A stretch of DNA of 64,000 bases from an uncultured Alphaproteobacteria bacterium (GTDB taxonomy: Bacteria > Pseudomonadota > Alphaproteobacteria > HIMB59 > GCA-002718135): assembly GCA_902541215.1 (NCBI GenBank), contig CACBPV010000002.1:5775-69774 (forward strand), read 5' to 3'. Position numbers and translations under genes: made by a program. The notes beneath the pieces were generated by a model. It saw nothing but the letters and a program-made list of their open reading frames with translations. It had not been told where the DNA came from and did not search any database. The stretch's first letter is position 1, and each line of letters starts with the position of its first letter. Positions 23,149-34,485 of the stretch are shown one piece after another.

Positions 23149-24684
23149 TTAGTTACTTGCAAACTTTCCAACCAAATCATCTAAGATTGATTTTAATTTA
23201 TCATCATTTTCTTTAGATAATTCTTTTTCATTGGCAATTGCATCTAATAAATCACTATGCTTAGTTCTAATCTCATTTAAAACTTCTGCTTCAAACTTGA
23301 CTACATCGCCTACTGCAACTTTATCAAGATATCCGCGCACACCTGCATAAATAGAAACAACTTGCTCTGAAACCGTTAGTGGTGAATACTGACCTTGTTT
23401 TAAGATTTCAACTAGTCTTGCGCCACGATCAAGTAATTGTTTCGTTGAAGCGTCTAAGTCTGATGCAAACTGTGCAAAAGCAGCCATCTCACGATATTGA
23501 GCTAATTCAAGTTTTACAGGACCAGCAATTTTTTTCATTGCTTTTGTTTGAGCTGCAGAACCAACACGACTTACGGAAAGACCAACGTTAATCGCAGGAC
23601 GAATACCAGCAAAAAATAAGTTTGTTTCTAAAAATATTTGTCCATCAGTAATGGAAATAACATTTGTTGGAATATAAGCAGATAAATCTCCTGCTTGAGT
23701 TTCAATAATTGGAAGGGCGGTCAAACTTCCACCGCCATGTTCATCACTCATTTTGGCAGCTCTTTCTAAAAGACGACTATGAATGTAAAATACATCTCCT
23801 GGATATGCTTCACGTCCTGGAGGTCTTCTTAATAATAGAGACATCTGTCTGTAAGCAACAGCTTGCTTTGATAAATCATCATAAACAATTAATGCATGCA
23901 TACCGTTATCTCTAAAATACTCACCCATTGTACAGCCAGTATAAGCAGATAAAAATTGCAAAGGTGCAGGCTCGGATGCAGTTGCAGATACAACAATTGT
24001 ATATTCCATTGCACCATTATCTTCTAGTGTTTTTACAATTTGAGCAACTGTTGATCTTTTCTGACCAATTGCGACATAGATACAATATAACTTTTCTTTT
24101 TCATTATCTGATTGATTTACAGATTTTTGATTTAATATTGTATCAATAGCAACAGCAGTTTTACCTGTTTGTCTGTCACCAATGATTAATTCACGTTGTC
24201 CTCTTCCAACTGGAACAAGAGCATCAAGTGCTTTAATACCTGTCTGCATAGGTTCAGATACACTTTGACGAGGAATAATACCTGGGGCTTTTAATTCAAT
24301 TCTTCTCTTTTCAGAAGATTGAATAGGACCTTTACCATCAATAGGATTGCCTAAACCATCAACAACACGTCCTAATAATTCTTTTCCAACAGGAACGTCA
24401 ACAATTTCCCCTGTACGTTTAACTGTATCACCTTCTTTAATTCCAGTATCATCACCGAAGATTGAAACACCAACGTTATCCATTTCAAGGTTGAGGGCCA
24501 TACCTTTAATGCCGCCTGGGAATTCTACCATTTCTCCAGCTTGTACTTGATCAAGACCATAAACACGTGCAATTCCGTCTCCAACACTTAGTACTGTTCC
24601 AACCTCAGCAACATCCGCTTTAGTTTCAAAATTAGCTATTTGGTCTTTAATTACAGAAGATATTTCTGCAGCTTTAATTTCCAT
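23149..24684 (-). CDS. atpA: F1 ATP synthase alpha subunit
   Basis: 511 aa with P-loop GDRQTGKTA. Confidence 0.98.
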   Translation of the reverse strand: MEIKAAEISSVIKDQIANFETKADVAEVGTVLSVGDGIARVYGLDQVQAGEMVEFPGGIKGMALNLEMDNVGVSIFGDDTGIKEGDTVKRTGEIVDVPVGKELLGRVVDGLGNPIDGKGPIQSSEKRRIELKAPGIIPRQSVSEPMQTGIKALDALVPVGRGQRELIIGDRQTGKTAVAIDTILNQKSVNQSDNEKEKLYCIYVAIGQKRSTVAQIVKTLEDNGAMEYTIVVSATASEPAPLQFLSAYTGCTMGEYFRDNGMHALIVYDDLSKQAVAYRQMSLLLRRPPGREAYPGDVFYIHSRLLERAAKMSDEHGGGSLTALPIIETQAGDLSAYIPTNVISITDGQIFLETNLFFAGIRPAINVGLSVSRVGSAAQTKAMKKIAGPVKLELAQYREMAAFAQFASDLDASTKQLLDRGARLVEILKQGQYSPLTVSEQVVSIYAGVRGYLDKVAVGDVVKFEAEVLNEIRTKHSDLLDAIANEKELSKENDDKLKSILDDLVGKFASN

Positions 24685-25241
24685 TATGCCCCCTTCATTG
24701 CAATTTTAAGTTTATTAATTTTATTAGCTATAGATGTATCAATCATTTTGGAACCAACCTTAACAATTAAACCGCCAATAATGTCTTCATCAACATCAAA
24801 ATTTAAAGATAATTTTTCACCTAAAGATTTTTTAAGTTGATTTGTAATATTATTTTTTTCATCATCAGATAATATGTTTGCTGATGTTATGTCAGCAGTA
24901 ATATCACCTCTTTTTTCAGAGTTTATTTTTTTAAATTGTAAAATAATAGAACCGATATTTGAAATTCTTTTATTGTTATCAAGAACTTTTAAAAAAGTTG
25001 TTGTAAGATTATGTAAATTTGCTTTAGAAAATAATTTTAACAAAATATTAAGCTTCTCATCTGAATTTACTAATGGACTTTTAATTACTTGTCTCAATTC
25101 TGAACTTTCTTTCAATGCTTTTTGCACTAATTCAAAGTCATTTAGAATATCATCAATACATTTTTTTTCAGAAGCAAGATCATAGAGAGCTGCTCCGTAC
25201 CTTTCAGATATTAGGTCTCCAGACAATGTATTAGATGCCAT
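24684..25241 (-). CDS. atpH: F1 ATP synthase delta (OSCP) subunit
   Basis: 185 aa in the position and pattern of atpH at the head of atpHAGDC. It overlaps atpA by 1 nt. Confidence 0.9.
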   Translation of the reverse strand: MASNTLSGDLISERYGAALYDLASEKKCIDDILNDFELVQKALKESSELRQVIKSPLVNSDEKLNILLKLFSKANLHNLTTTFLKVLDNNKRISNIGSIILQFKKINSEKRGDITADITSANILSDDEKNNITNQLKKSLGEKLSLNFDVDEDIIGGLIVKVGSKMIDTSIANKINKLKIAMKGA

Positions 25242-25359
25242 AAATTAAATTCATAAGAAGTTTAGAAATAGGCTATTAACACATCAGAAAAAGCAGGTAA
25301 ACTGTCAGTTTGTGCGTCAAATGAGTTAAATTGAAGATATTTTTAAAATTGTGGGTAAA

Positions 25360-27315
25360 TTACATAAATGAATAGGGATCGACATCAATAATTAACTTTA
25401 CAGAAGAAGGTAATTTAGTCTTTTCGACAATTTTTTTTGTGAATTTATTCAGATTTTTTCTACTATTACTCTTCAATAATATTCTATATCTATATTGTCC
25501 TCTAAGCAGAAAAATTGGAGCTTCAACTGGACCGAGAATTTTAATATTTTTACTATTTTGATCTTGTTGAGCCAGTCTTGAAGCATGTTTAAGAACTAAA
25601 GCTTTTGTATGACTAGAAAGAATTATTGAAGTCATAAAACCAAAAGGAGGAATATTAAAATTCTTTCTTTCTTCTAAAGCTCTTTTAATAAAAGCTTCTC
25701 TTTCTCGAAGTTGAATCGACTTAATTATTTCTTGATCTGGAAAATATGTTTGAAGAAAAACTTTACCAATTTTTTTTCCTCTACCAGCTCTTCCTCCAAC
25801 TTGCTGAAGTAGGTTAAAAGTTTTTTCTATAGCTCTAGGATCACCACCAAATAAACCTGCGTCCGCATCAACAATTCCTACTAATGACAAATTTGGAAAA
25901 TCATATCCTTTTGCCATAATTTGTGTGGCTACAATTATATCTATATCTTTGTTGTTTATATCAGTAATAAATTTTTTAATTTTGTTTGGCGTGTTAACGT
26001 TGTCACTAGACATGATGGAAATATTTTTCCCAGGAAAGAATTCTTTTAGCTCCTCTGCAACTCTCTCAACACCAGGACCAATAAATTTTATACTATCTTT
26101 TTCATTACATTGAGGACAATCTAAATTTAATTTTTTTATAGTTCCGCATTGATGGCATAAGAAAACTTTTTTGTGTTGATGCATAACCATCCATGATGAA
26201 CATTGATCGCATTCATATCTGAACCCACAACTATTACACAAGGTTAATGGTGAGTATCCTCTACGATTTAAAAAAATAAGAGTTTGTTCTTTATTTTCTA
26301 AGCACTGAGAAATAGAATCTATAATTGATTGTGATATCCATTTATCTTTATCAAGTTTATTTTTATTTAAATCAATTATAGAAATTTCAGGTAATGGAGT
26401 TCCAGAAAATTGTTTTGATAAATAGACTTGATCATATTTTTTTATTTTAACATTATTTATTGTTTCTAAAGACGGTGTTGCCGAAGCTAATAATATAAAA
26501 TTTTTTTCAATTTTAGCTCTTACAACTGCAAGATCTCTTGCTTGGTAACGTATATTGTCCTCTTGTTTATAACTAGAGTCATGTTCTTCATCGACAACAA
26601 TTAATCCTAAGTTTGTAAAAGGAAGAAACAAACTTGAACGAGCACCAATAACAATGACTGGATCTCCTGCAAAACATTTATGCCAAATTTTTTGCCTATT
26701 TTTTTTTGTAATTTTAGAATGCCACAAACACACTTCCATTCCAAAACGCTTCTTTACTCTTGTTTCTAGTTGTGGTGTTAAACTAATTTCTGGAACCATT
26801 ATTAATATTTGTTTTTTTTCTTTTAAAAATTTATCTATTATTTCAAAATATACTTCAGTTTTACCAGAGCCTGTTACACCTTCTAATAAAACAGGTTTGT
26901 TTGATTTATTAAATGATTGGATGATTTCTTTAAATGAATCTGCTTGCTCTTCACTCAAGGTCACAAAAGAAGGTTCGGTGTTATTGAAACTATCTAATTT
27001 TTCTTTATCAAATTCAACTATATCATTGTTAATAAGGAATAATTTTAAAACTGCTCCTAGTGGAGCTAAAGTATAGCTTGCGATCCAATTTATAAAATCG
27101 ATTGAAGAATTCTGAAGGATAAGATCATTACAAATTTTTATAACCTCTTTAATTTCGTATCCAGGATTTTTAACATTCCTCTTCCAAATAATTCCAGCTT
27201 CTATTTTTTTTCCAAATGGAACTATGACTACTTGACCAATTTCAAGTTGCTCATTTGTTGAAGAATAAGTGAAAACTTTGTCAAAAGGTCTTGTTACTAC
27301 TACATCGTACAACAT
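25360..27315 (-). CDS. priA: Primosomal protein N' (replication restart helicase)
   Basis: Walker A GVTGSGKTEVY, DEEH box VVDEEHD and a Cys-rich zinc insertion (CNSCGF...CDQC...CHQCG...CPQC) are present. Start chosen at MLYDVVVTRPFDKVFTY (ATG 27315). The track ORF adds 20 aa and would leave only 3 nt before the divergent tal gene. Confidence 0.92.
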   Translation of the reverse strand: MLYDVVVTRPFDKVFTYSSTNEQLEIGQVVIVPFGKKIEAGIIWKRNVKNPGYEIKEVIKICNDLILQNSSIDFINWIASYTLAPLGAVLKLFLINNDIVEFDKEKLDSFNNTEPSFVTLSEEQADSFKEIIQSFNKSNKPVLLEGVTGSGKTEVYFEIIDKFLKEKKQILIMVPEISLTPQLETRVKKRFGMEVCLWHSKITKKNRQKIWHKCFAGDPVIVIGARSSLFLPFTNLGLIVVDEEHDSSYKQEDNIRYQARDLAVVRAKIEKNFILLASATPSLETINNVKIKKYDQVYLSKQFSGTPLPEISIIDLNKNKLDKDKWISQSIIDSISQCLENKEQTLIFLNRRGYSPLTLCNSCGFRYECDQCSSWMVMHQHKKVFLCHQCGTIKKLNLDCPQCNEKDSIKFIGPGVERVAEELKEFFPGKNISIMSSDNVNTPNKIKKFITDINNKDIDIIVATQIMAKGYDFPNLSLVGIVDADAGLFGGDPRAIEKTFNLLQQVGGRAGRGKKIGKVFLQTYFPDQEIIKSIQLREREAFIKRALEERKNFNIPPFGFMTSIILSSHTKALVLKHASRLAQQDQNSKNIKILGPVEAPIFLLRGQYRYRILLKSNSRKNLNKFTKKIVEKTKLPSSVKLIIDVDPYSFM

Positions 27316-27378
27316 TATATTTATGTATTTTTTATATGTTAACTTTCTAAATAACTTGTATATGGTATACAACAAACA

Positions 27379-28038
27379 ATGAAATTTTTTATAGACACTG
27401 CCGATATACCTCAGATCGAAGAGTTAATGCCTAGTGGATTAATAGACGGTGTTACGACAAACCCATCTCTGATTGCAAAAAGTGGTAAAGATATGGGAGA
27501 AACAATTAAAACAATTTGCTCAATAGTATCCGGTCCAGTAAGTGCAGAAGTGACAGCAACGGAATATGACAAAATGCTTGAAGAAGGTGAATACTTAGCA
27601 TCATTAGCTAAGAATGTTGCTGTAAAAGTTCCTCTTACACCTGCTGGTCTTCAAACATGCAAAGCTCTTAGAGAAAAAGATATCATGGTAAATGTAACGT
27701 TGTGTTTTAGTGCTGCTCAAGCATTACTAGCAGCTAAGGTTGGTGCAACATTTATTTCTCCATTTGTGGGAAGACTCGATGATATTGGTGAAAAAGGCAT
27801 GGATCTAATTTCAGATATAGTAATAATGTATGAAAATTATGGATTTGATACTGAAGTATTAGTTGCTTCAGTAAGAAATACTCAACATCTTATTGATGCA
27901 GCTGTGATTGGTGCCCATGTTTCAACTCTACCACCTAAAGTTATTCACGAATTATATAAACATCCTCTCACAGATAAAGGGCTGAAAGCATTTCTTGATG
28001 ATTGGGCAAAAACAGGACAGCAAATCTTGCCAAAATAA
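27379..28038 (+). CDS. tal: Transaldolase, short type 3B (Fsa/TalC family)
   Basis: 219 aa with [16 protein letters not shown] and the Schiff-base lysine block VAVKVPLT. Confidence 0.9.
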   Translation: MKFFIDTADIPQIEELMPSGLIDGVTTNPSLIAKSGKDMGETIKTICSIVSGPVSAEVTATEYDKMLEEGEYLASLAKNVAVKVPLTPAGLQTCKALREKDIMVNVTLCFSAAQALLAAKVGATFISPFVGRLDDIGEKGMDLISDIVIMYENYGFDTEVLVASVRNTQHLIDAAVIGAHVSTLPPKVIHELYKHPLTDKGLKAFLDDWAKTGQQILPK

Positions 28039-28043
28039 TCATC

Positions 28044-28706
28044 ATGGTACATGAAGATGAAATTAGTGAAAAACGAATAATAAATTTTTTAAAAAAAAAT
28101 AAAAACTTTTTTATTAAAAATTCAGAATTAGTTAATGAACTAAATTTTCCAACCGAAGATAATAGTTCTGATAAGGTTGTTGATTTAGAAGCTTATAGAT
28201 ATAAAAAAATATCGCAACAAAATATAGATCTACAAAATCAAATGACAAAAGTACTACTTGCAGGTAAAAGTCATTTAAATGCTCAAAAAAGAATTCTAAA
28301 ATCTACAATTAGAATTCTAAATGTAAAAAGTTTACAAAAATTAATAAGCTTAATTAAAAATGATCTTAAAACAATTTTAGGTTGTGATGAAATGAATTGT
28401 TTTGTAACAAATGAAAATATTAGAGCAGAAAACTTATCACAACTGGATATTAAAATTGCAAATAGTTATTTTAAAAACAAAATGGTTACAAATTTAAATC
28501 AAAATCCTAAAGGTTTACTTTTATTTTTTCCTAATAAATCAGCAACAATAAAATCATATATTCTATTAAAAGTTAAATTTCGTGAAGATTGTCTAATATT
28601 GGCTATGGGATCAAAAGATAAAAATAAATTCACAGTTGATATGCAAACTGATCTTGTTGAGTACTTAATTAAAATTATAGAAGTAAATTTATTAAGTATT
28701 AAATGA
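28044..28706 (+). CDS. DUF484 family protein (GAF-like), function unknown
   Basis: Start chosen at MVHEDEISEKRIINFLKKNKNFF (ATG 28044), which matches the DUF484 N-terminal pattern (x-x-FL-x-x-N-x-x-FF). The track ORF starts inside tal. Confidence 0.65.
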   Translation: MVHEDEISEKRIINFLKKNKNFFIKNSELVNELNFPTEDNSSDKVVDLEAYRYKKISQQNIDLQNQMTKVLLAGKSHLNAQKRILKSTIRILNVKSLQKLISLIKNDLKTILGCDEMNCFVTNENIRAENLSQLDIKIANSYFKNKMVTNLNQNPKGLLLFFPNKSATIKSYILLKVKFREDCLILAMGSKDKNKFTVDMQTDLVEYLIKIIEVNLLSIK

Positions 28707-28718
28707 AAGGAAAGTAAA

Positions 28719-28922
28719 ATGAAAGGTTATAGATTTATTACAGATGATGACACTATTGATTTTTGCCAAAGATTAACAGAGGCACTCTCTAATGGATGGA
28801 AATTACATGGTGAACCAAAAATGACTTTTGATCATAAAAGAAAAGTTATGAGGTGCGGTCAAGCAGTTGTAAAACAATCATCAAAAAAATACAAAAAAGG
28901 AATGGATCTAGCTAAAATTTAA
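28719..28922 (+). CDS. DUF1737 family small protein, function unknown
   Basis: 67 aa. MKGYRFITDDDTIDFCQRLTEALSNGWKLHGEP...CGQAVVK matches my recollection of the DUF1737 pattern. It is preceded by AAGGAAAG 6 nt upstream. Confidence 0.6.
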   Translation: MKGYRFITDDDTIDFCQRLTEALSNGWKLHGEPKMTFDHKRKVMRCGQAVVKQSSKKYKKGMDLAKI

Positions 28923-30316
28923 ATATGAATTGCTCTACCATCTACACTTAAAGCTGCTTCTTTTACTGCTTCACTAGTTGTCGGATGAGCATGACATACT
29001 CTAGCAATATCTTCTGCACTACCACCAAATTCTATTGTCGTAACAATTTCAGCGATCAACTGTCCGGCATCATGACCGATTATATGAGCGCCTAAAATTT
29101 CATCTGTTTGTTTATCAACCAGAATTTTAACAAATCCTTCTGATGCGGAGGTAGTTAAGGCACGGCCATTTGCCATAAAAGGAAATTTTCCAACTTTGAA
29201 GTCTTTCTTTTCTTGCTTGAGTTGTTCCTCTGTTTTTCCAACTGATGCTATCTCTGGGTTAGTATAAACAATCGCTGGTATAGCGTCGTAGTTAATATGA
29301 GGTTTTTGACCGTTTATAAATTCAACACAAGCCACTCCTTCTTCTTCAGCTTTATGTGCTAGCATTGGTCCTGGAACTACATCGCCAATTGCGTAGATTC
29401 CTTCAACAGAAGTTTGAAAATTATCTTTAATTTCAATGGATTTTTTTGCGGTTAATTTAATACCAATTTTTTCGAGACCCAGTCCCTCTGTGTTTGGTTT
29501 TCTTCCTACTGACATTAAAACTATTTCGTAGTTTTCTTTTATTTTCTTTTTATCTGATGTTTCCATCTCAACATCTACACCAGACTTACCAAGTTTTGCA
29601 GAACTAACTTTATGAGATAATTTAAATTCTAATCCTTGTTTAGTTAACATTTTCATAAACTCTTTTGCAATTTCACCATCCATAGTTGGAACAATTCTGT
29701 CAAGAGCTTCAACAACTGTTACCTTTGAGCCTAATCTACTCCATACTGATCCCATCTCTAGTCCAATATATCCACCACCAATAACTAGGAGTGATTTAGG
29801 TATTTTATATAGAGAAAGAGCACCTGTTGAAGATACTATTTGTTTTTCATCAACAGGAATATTTGGTATCTCAATCGAAGATGATCCTGTTGCGATAATA
29901 AAATTTTTAGCACTGGCAGTAATTTCATTTTTTCCATTTGTAATAGAAATAGTATTTTTATCTACAAACGAAGCCATGCCAGGAATATGCGTTATTTTAT
30001 TTTTCTTAAATAAAAAACCGATCCCTGTTGTAAGTTTTTTTACAATTTTAGTTTTGCGATCCATCAAAACATTTAGGTCTAAATCTATCTTTGATGTTTT
30101 TATGCCATGCTCTGCAGCATGATTTGAAATTTCAACAAATTTTTCAGATGAATTTAATAATGCTTTAGAAGGTATGCATCCAATGTTCAAACAAGTTCCA
30201 CCAAGTGATGGCTCTTTTTCTATACAAGCAACCTTCATTCCAAGTTGAGCCGCTCTGATTGCAGCTACATATCCGCCAGGTCCCGCGCCAATTACTATTA
30301 AATCAAAATCTTCCAT
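28919..30316 (-). CDS. lpdA: Dihydrolipoyl dehydrogenase (E3)
   Basis: 465 aa with the FAD motif GAGPGGYVAA and the redox disulfide GGTCLNIGCIPSK. Confidence 0.97.
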   Translation of the reverse strand: MEDFDLIVIGAGPGGYVAAIRAAQLGMKVACIEKEPSLGGTCLNIGCIPSKALLNSSEKFVEISNHAAEHGIKTSKIDLDLNVLMDRKTKIVKKLTTGIGFLFKKNKITHIPGMASFVDKNTISITNGKNEITASAKNFIIATGSSSIEIPNIPVDEKQIVSSTGALSLYKIPKSLLVIGGGYIGLEMGSVWSRLGSKVTVVEALDRIVPTMDGEIAKEFMKMLTKQGLEFKLSHKVSSAKLGKSGVDVEMETSDKKKIKENYEIVLMSVGRKPNTEGLGLEKIGIKLTAKKSIEIKDNFQTSVEGIYAIGDVVPGPMLAHKAEEEGVACVEFINGQKPHINYDAIPAIVYTNPEIASVGKTEEQLKQEKKDFKVGKFPFMANGRALTTSASEGFVKILVDKQTDEILGAHIIGHDAGQLIAEIVTTIEFGGSAEDIARVCHAHPTTSEAVKEAALSVDGRAIHI

Positions 30317-30317
30317 T

Positions 30318-31499
30318 TTATATTCCTAATACTAATTCAGATGGATCTTCTAGAAGTTCTTTCACTTTCACTAAAAATCCAACACTTTCTTTTCCATCAA
30401 TAATTCTATGATCATAACTTAATGCAACATACATCATTGGCCTAATTACTATTTCATCATTTACAACTACTGCTCTTTTTTGAATATTATGCATCCCTAA
30501 AATTCCAGATTGAGGTCTATTGATTATTGGGGTGCTGAGCATTGATCCGTAAACGCCACCATTTGAAATTGTAAAAGTTCCACCAGTCAAATCGTCCATG
30601 GTCAGCGTTCCATCTTTGGCTTTTGTACTAAGATCAATAATTTTAGTTTCTATTTCTCCAAAACTCAATTGATCGGCGTCTTTAAGTATTGGTACGACTA
30701 ATCCTTTTTCAGTTCCAACAGCTATACCTATATCAAAATGATTTTTATAAATTATATTTTCATCTTTAATTTCAGCATTCACAGCTGGATACTCTTGCAA
30801 ACTTTTTACTACCGCTTTTACAAAAAATGACATGAAACCTAATTTGACCTCATACCGACTTTGAAATTCTTGGTTTTTTGATTTTCTAATTTCCATAACT
30901 TTGGACATGTCAATTTCATTGAAAGTCGTAAGTATGGCTGCTGTATTTTGAGCTTCCTTTAAACGTTTAGATATTGTCTGTCTGATTTTAGACATTTTAA
31001 CAACTTCTTCTCTTTCACCTTTGTTAGTGGTTTTTTTATTTGAAAAAGAAAGATGAGAAACTACATCTTCTTTATTAATTCTTCCATCAGAACGGGATGA
31101 AGTGACATCTTCAAGTTTAATATTATTTTCTTCAGCAATTTTTCTTGCAGATGGTGAAGATTTGGCGGGCGAAGATTTTGTTTCAACCTTAACTGCTTTT
31201 ACTTCTTCTTTTATTTTTTCTTCTTTATTTTCAGTTTTTTTAGGACTTGGTGTTTTACTTTTTGATTCATTTAAGATTCCTAAAATACCACCAATTTCAA
31301 CGTCAGTACCTTCAGAAACTTTTATTTCTTTTAGAGAGCCTGCATGAGGTGCTGGTACTTCAACTGTAATTTTGTCTGTCTCAATTTCAACTAAAGGTTC
31401 ATCTGCTTCAAAATTATCGCCTATATTCTTAAGCCATTTTGAAACAGTTGCCTCCGTAATTGACTCTCCAAGTGTTGGAACTATTAATTCAGTGCTCAT
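30318..31499 (-). CDS. sucB: 2-oxoglutarate dehydrogenase E2, dihydrolipoamide succinyltransferase
   Basis: 393 aa with the lipoyl-lysine block [11 protein letters not shown] and the catalytic SYDHRIIDG. Confidence 0.96.
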   Translation of the reverse strand: MSTELIVPTLGESITEATVSKWLKNIGDNFEADEPLVEIETDKITVEVPAPHAGSLKEIKVSEGTDVEIGGILGILNESKSKTPSPKKTENKEEKIKEEVKAVKVETKSSPAKSSPSARKIAEENNIKLEDVTSSRSDGRINKEDVVSHLSFSNKKTTNKGEREEVVKMSKIRQTISKRLKEAQNTAAILTTFNEIDMSKVMEIRKSKNQEFQSRYEVKLGFMSFFVKAVVKSLQEYPAVNAEIKDENIIYKNHFDIGIAVGTEKGLVVPILKDADQLSFGEIETKIIDLSTKAKDGTLTMDDLTGGTFTISNGGVYGSMLSTPIINRPQSGILGMHNIQKRAVVVNDEIVIRPMMYVALSYDHRIIDGKESVGFLVKVKELLEDPSELVLGI

Positions 31500-31530
31500 T
31501 AATTAAATGCTTAATAACATTTACGTCAAT

Positions 31531-34434
31531 TTATTCAATTGGCAGATTAGTCTTTAATTTTGTTGAAATACCTGCCCAAGATTTGATAATTTTACTAATC
31601 GAGTCTTGAGTTGCCATTTTTAGAATAGTTTCTTGGTTACTTAAGTGTCTTTCTAAAGAACCAGCTGCAGGAGACGCGGCTGGACTTCTACCAACATAGA
31701 ATATTTTTTCTTGTTTAACTTTGGCTTCCTGCATAACACTTTCCAATCTACCTTTCACAAAACCCCAGGCACCCATATTTTTTGGCTCTTCTTGTGCCCA
31801 GATAATTTCAGCATCCGTATAATGTTTTAATTCATCTCTAAAGTTTTCATAAGGAAATGGATAAATCTGCTCTAATCTTATTATGGAGAGATTTTTAATT
31901 TTATTTTTTGCTATGTGATCTGCAAGTTCAAAATATATTTTACCAGAGCAAATGATTAATCTTTTATTTTTCCTTTTTTCTTTAACAGATAATTTATCAG
32001 TAAGAATTCTATGGAAAGTTGATCCATTAATATAATCCTCAATATTAGAAACATTAGATTTATGTCTAAGTGTAGATTTTGGTGTAAATATAATTAGAGG
32101 TTTCCTAAAGTTTCTATGTAGTTGCCTTCTTAAAACATGAAAATAATTTGCAGGACTTGTACAATTAACAATTTGCATATTATCTTCCGCACACATCTGT
32201 AAAAATCTTTCTAATCTTCCACTTGTATGCTCAGGACCTTGGCCCTCATGTCCGTGGGGAAGAAGCATCGTTAAACCAGACATTCTCAACCATTTTCTTT
32301 CTCCAGAGCTTATGAATTGATCAATCATAATTTGTGCACCATTTGCAAAATCACCAAACTGTGCTTCCCATATAACTAGTGTCTTAGGATCAACTTGTGA
32401 ATATCCATATTCAAAACCAAGAACACCAAACTCAGATAAAAAACTATCTATAATTTCAAAGTAACCTTGTTTGTTTTGAAAGTGTCTTAATGGAACAAAA
32501 CGATTTTCGTTTTCTTGATCGTATAGTACACCATGTCTATGACTAAATGTTCCTCTTCCAACATCTTGTCCAGATATTCGAACACCGTATCCCTCATCTA
32601 AAAGTGTCGCTAAAGCTAAACTTTCAGAAGTTGCCCAATCAATACCTTTTCCATTGATGACACTTGTTAATCGATCTCCATAAATTTTTTTGATTCTTCT
32701 ATGGGCATTAAAATCTGCAGGTATTTCATGAATTTTTTTAGCAACGTTAATTAATATTTTTTCTTTTACAGATGTTTTTCCTCTTCTTGCATCAAATGTT
32801 GCAGTAGATAAACCTGTCCAAGTTCCCTCTAACCAATCTACTTTATTTGGTTTATAATTTTTAGTTGATTCAAATTCTTTATCTAAAAAATTTTTAAAAG
32901 AATCTACAATGTCTCTAGATTCTTCTTCTGAAAGAGTATTGTTCTCAATTAATTTTTTTTCATATTTTTTTCTTGTAGTAATTTGTTTTTTGATAGCCTT
33001 ATACATTAGTGGCTGAGTAAAAGAAGGTTCATCAGCTTCGTTATGTCCTGATCTTCTGTAGCAAAACATATCTACAACAACATCGACTTTAAATTTATTT
33101 CTAAATTCCGTTGCAAGTCTACAAACATGAACTACTGCTTCTGGGTCATCGCCATTAACATGAAATATTGGTGCCTGAACCATTTTTGCAATTTCAGTAC
33201 AATAAGGTGCTGATCGTCCATATTGTGGCATGGTTGTAAAACCTATCTGATTGTTAATTACAAAGTGAATGGTACCACCTGTTTTAAACCCTCTTAATTG
33301 TGACATAGCAAATGTTTCGGCCACAACTCCTTGTCCAGCTATTGCTGCATCTCCATGTATTAATAAACCGATAACTTTATCTGTTGTTTTATCTTTAGCT
33401 AAAGTTTGTTTAGCTCTTACTTTTCCCGCCACAACTGGGTTAACTGCCTCTAAGTGTGATGGATTAGAAGTGAGCGATAAATGAATTTTCTTTTTTTCAA
33501 ATTCACGATCAGCAGAAACTCCTAAATGATATTTTACATCACCTGAACCTAGTACCTCATTTGGATCGTTTAAAGATCCTTGGAATTTTGATAATATTTT
33601 TTTGTAAGGCATTTCCAAAACACTTGATAGAAGTGTTAGTCTCCCTCGATGAGCTGTTCCAATAATAATATCTTCAATTCCAGACAAACATGCCTGTTTA
33701 ACAATTTGCTCTATCCCGGGTATCATCGCTTCACCACCTTCGATACCGTATCTCTTTGTACCTAAAAACTTTTTATCTAAAAACTGCTCAAATAGTTCTG
33801 ATTCAACTAATCTTTTATAAATTGCTTTTTTTCCTTCATTTGTAAAATTTGTTTTATTTCTTACTTCTTCAATTCTTTCTTGGACCCATTGTTTTTGATC
33901 AGCTTGTTGTATGTGTAAAAATTCAACACCAATTGAAGCAGAATAAGTTTCTTTTAATATTTTAATAATATTTTTTAATTTACTTTTTTCTATACCTAAA
34001 CTTCCATCAATGAATATTTCTTTTTCTAAATCTGATACATTAAAACCGTAGCTTTTATAATCTAATTCTTGAGGATACTCTCTTTCAGATATTCCTAAGG
34101 GATCAAGATCTGCAATTAAATGTCCGTTAATTCTAAACGCTCTAATTAATCTTAATGCTCTAATTGAATCTAAGGTTGATATTCTAAATTCCTCAGAATT
34201 GTAATTCGCATTTGATTTTATAACCTTAGTTATGTAATTTTTATCTATTATACTTGACGGACGTTCTTTCCATTCTGGTCCTCCAAAATCTTTAAGAACA
34301 GAATAGTCATCTTCATTCAAATTATTAAAAAAATCTTTCCAAGTTGTATCCACACTTTCAGGGTCATTTCTAAATTTAGAATATAGTTCGGCTACATATG
34401 GAGCATTAGCACTATTTAAGAAAGTATCATTCAT
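31531..34434 (-). CDS. sucA: 2-oxoglutarate dehydrogenase E1 component
   Basis: 967 aa. Length and conserved blocks (e.g. GQGPEHTSGRLERFLQ) are typical of SucA. Confidence 0.97.
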   Translation of the reverse strand: MNDTFLNSANAPYVAELYSKFRNDPESVDTTWKDFFNNLNEDDYSVLKDFGGPEWKERPSSIIDKNYITKVIKSNANYNSEEFRISTLDSIRALRLIRAFRINGHLIADLDPLGISEREYPQELDYKSYGFNVSDLEKEIFIDGSLGIEKSKLKNIIKILKETYSASIGVEFLHIQQADQKQWVQERIEEVRNKTNFTNEGKKAIYKRLVESELFEQFLDKKFLGTKRYGIEGGEAMIPGIEQIVKQACLSGIEDIIIGTAHRGRLTLLSSVLEMPYKKILSKFQGSLNDPNEVLGSGDVKYHLGVSADREFEKKKIHLSLTSNPSHLEAVNPVVAGKVRAKQTLAKDKTTDKVIGLLIHGDAAIAGQGVVAETFAMSQLRGFKTGGTIHFVINNQIGFTTMPQYGRSAPYCTEIAKMVQAPIFHVNGDDPEAVVHVCRLATEFRNKFKVDVVVDMFCYRRSGHNEADEPSFTQPLMYKAIKKQITTRKKYEKKLIENNTLSEEESRDIVDSFKNFLDKEFESTKNYKPNKVDWLEGTWTGLSTATFDARRGKTSVKEKILINVAKKIHEIPADFNAHRRIKKIYGDRLTSVINGKGIDWATSESLALATLLDEGYGVRISGQDVGRGTFSHRHGVLYDQENENRFVPLRHFQNKQGYFEIIDSFLSEFGVLGFEYGYSQVDPKTLVIWEAQFGDFANGAQIMIDQFISSGERKWLRMSGLTMLLPHGHEGQGPEHTSGRLERFLQMCAEDNMQIVNCTSPANYFHVLRRQLHRNFRKPLIIFTPKSTLRHKSNVSNIEDYINGSTFHRILTDKLSVKEKRKNKRLIICSGKIYFELADHIAKNKIKNLSIIRLEQIYPFPYENFRDELKHYTDAEIIWAQEEPKNMGAWGFVKGRLESVMQEAKVKQEKIFYVGRSPAASPAAGSLERHLSNQETILKMATQDSISKIIKSWAGISTKLKTNLPIE

Positions 34435-34485
34435 AGATTGCTATTAAACTAAAACCATTTCGCATAACAATCATACTAATGGAAA

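Noticed and set aside
25290-25325. Small AAACUG-UC-AGUUU hairpin in the priA/atpH spacer as a terminator
   Set aside because: It has only 5 AU-rich base pairs and no U-tract. That is too weak to call.
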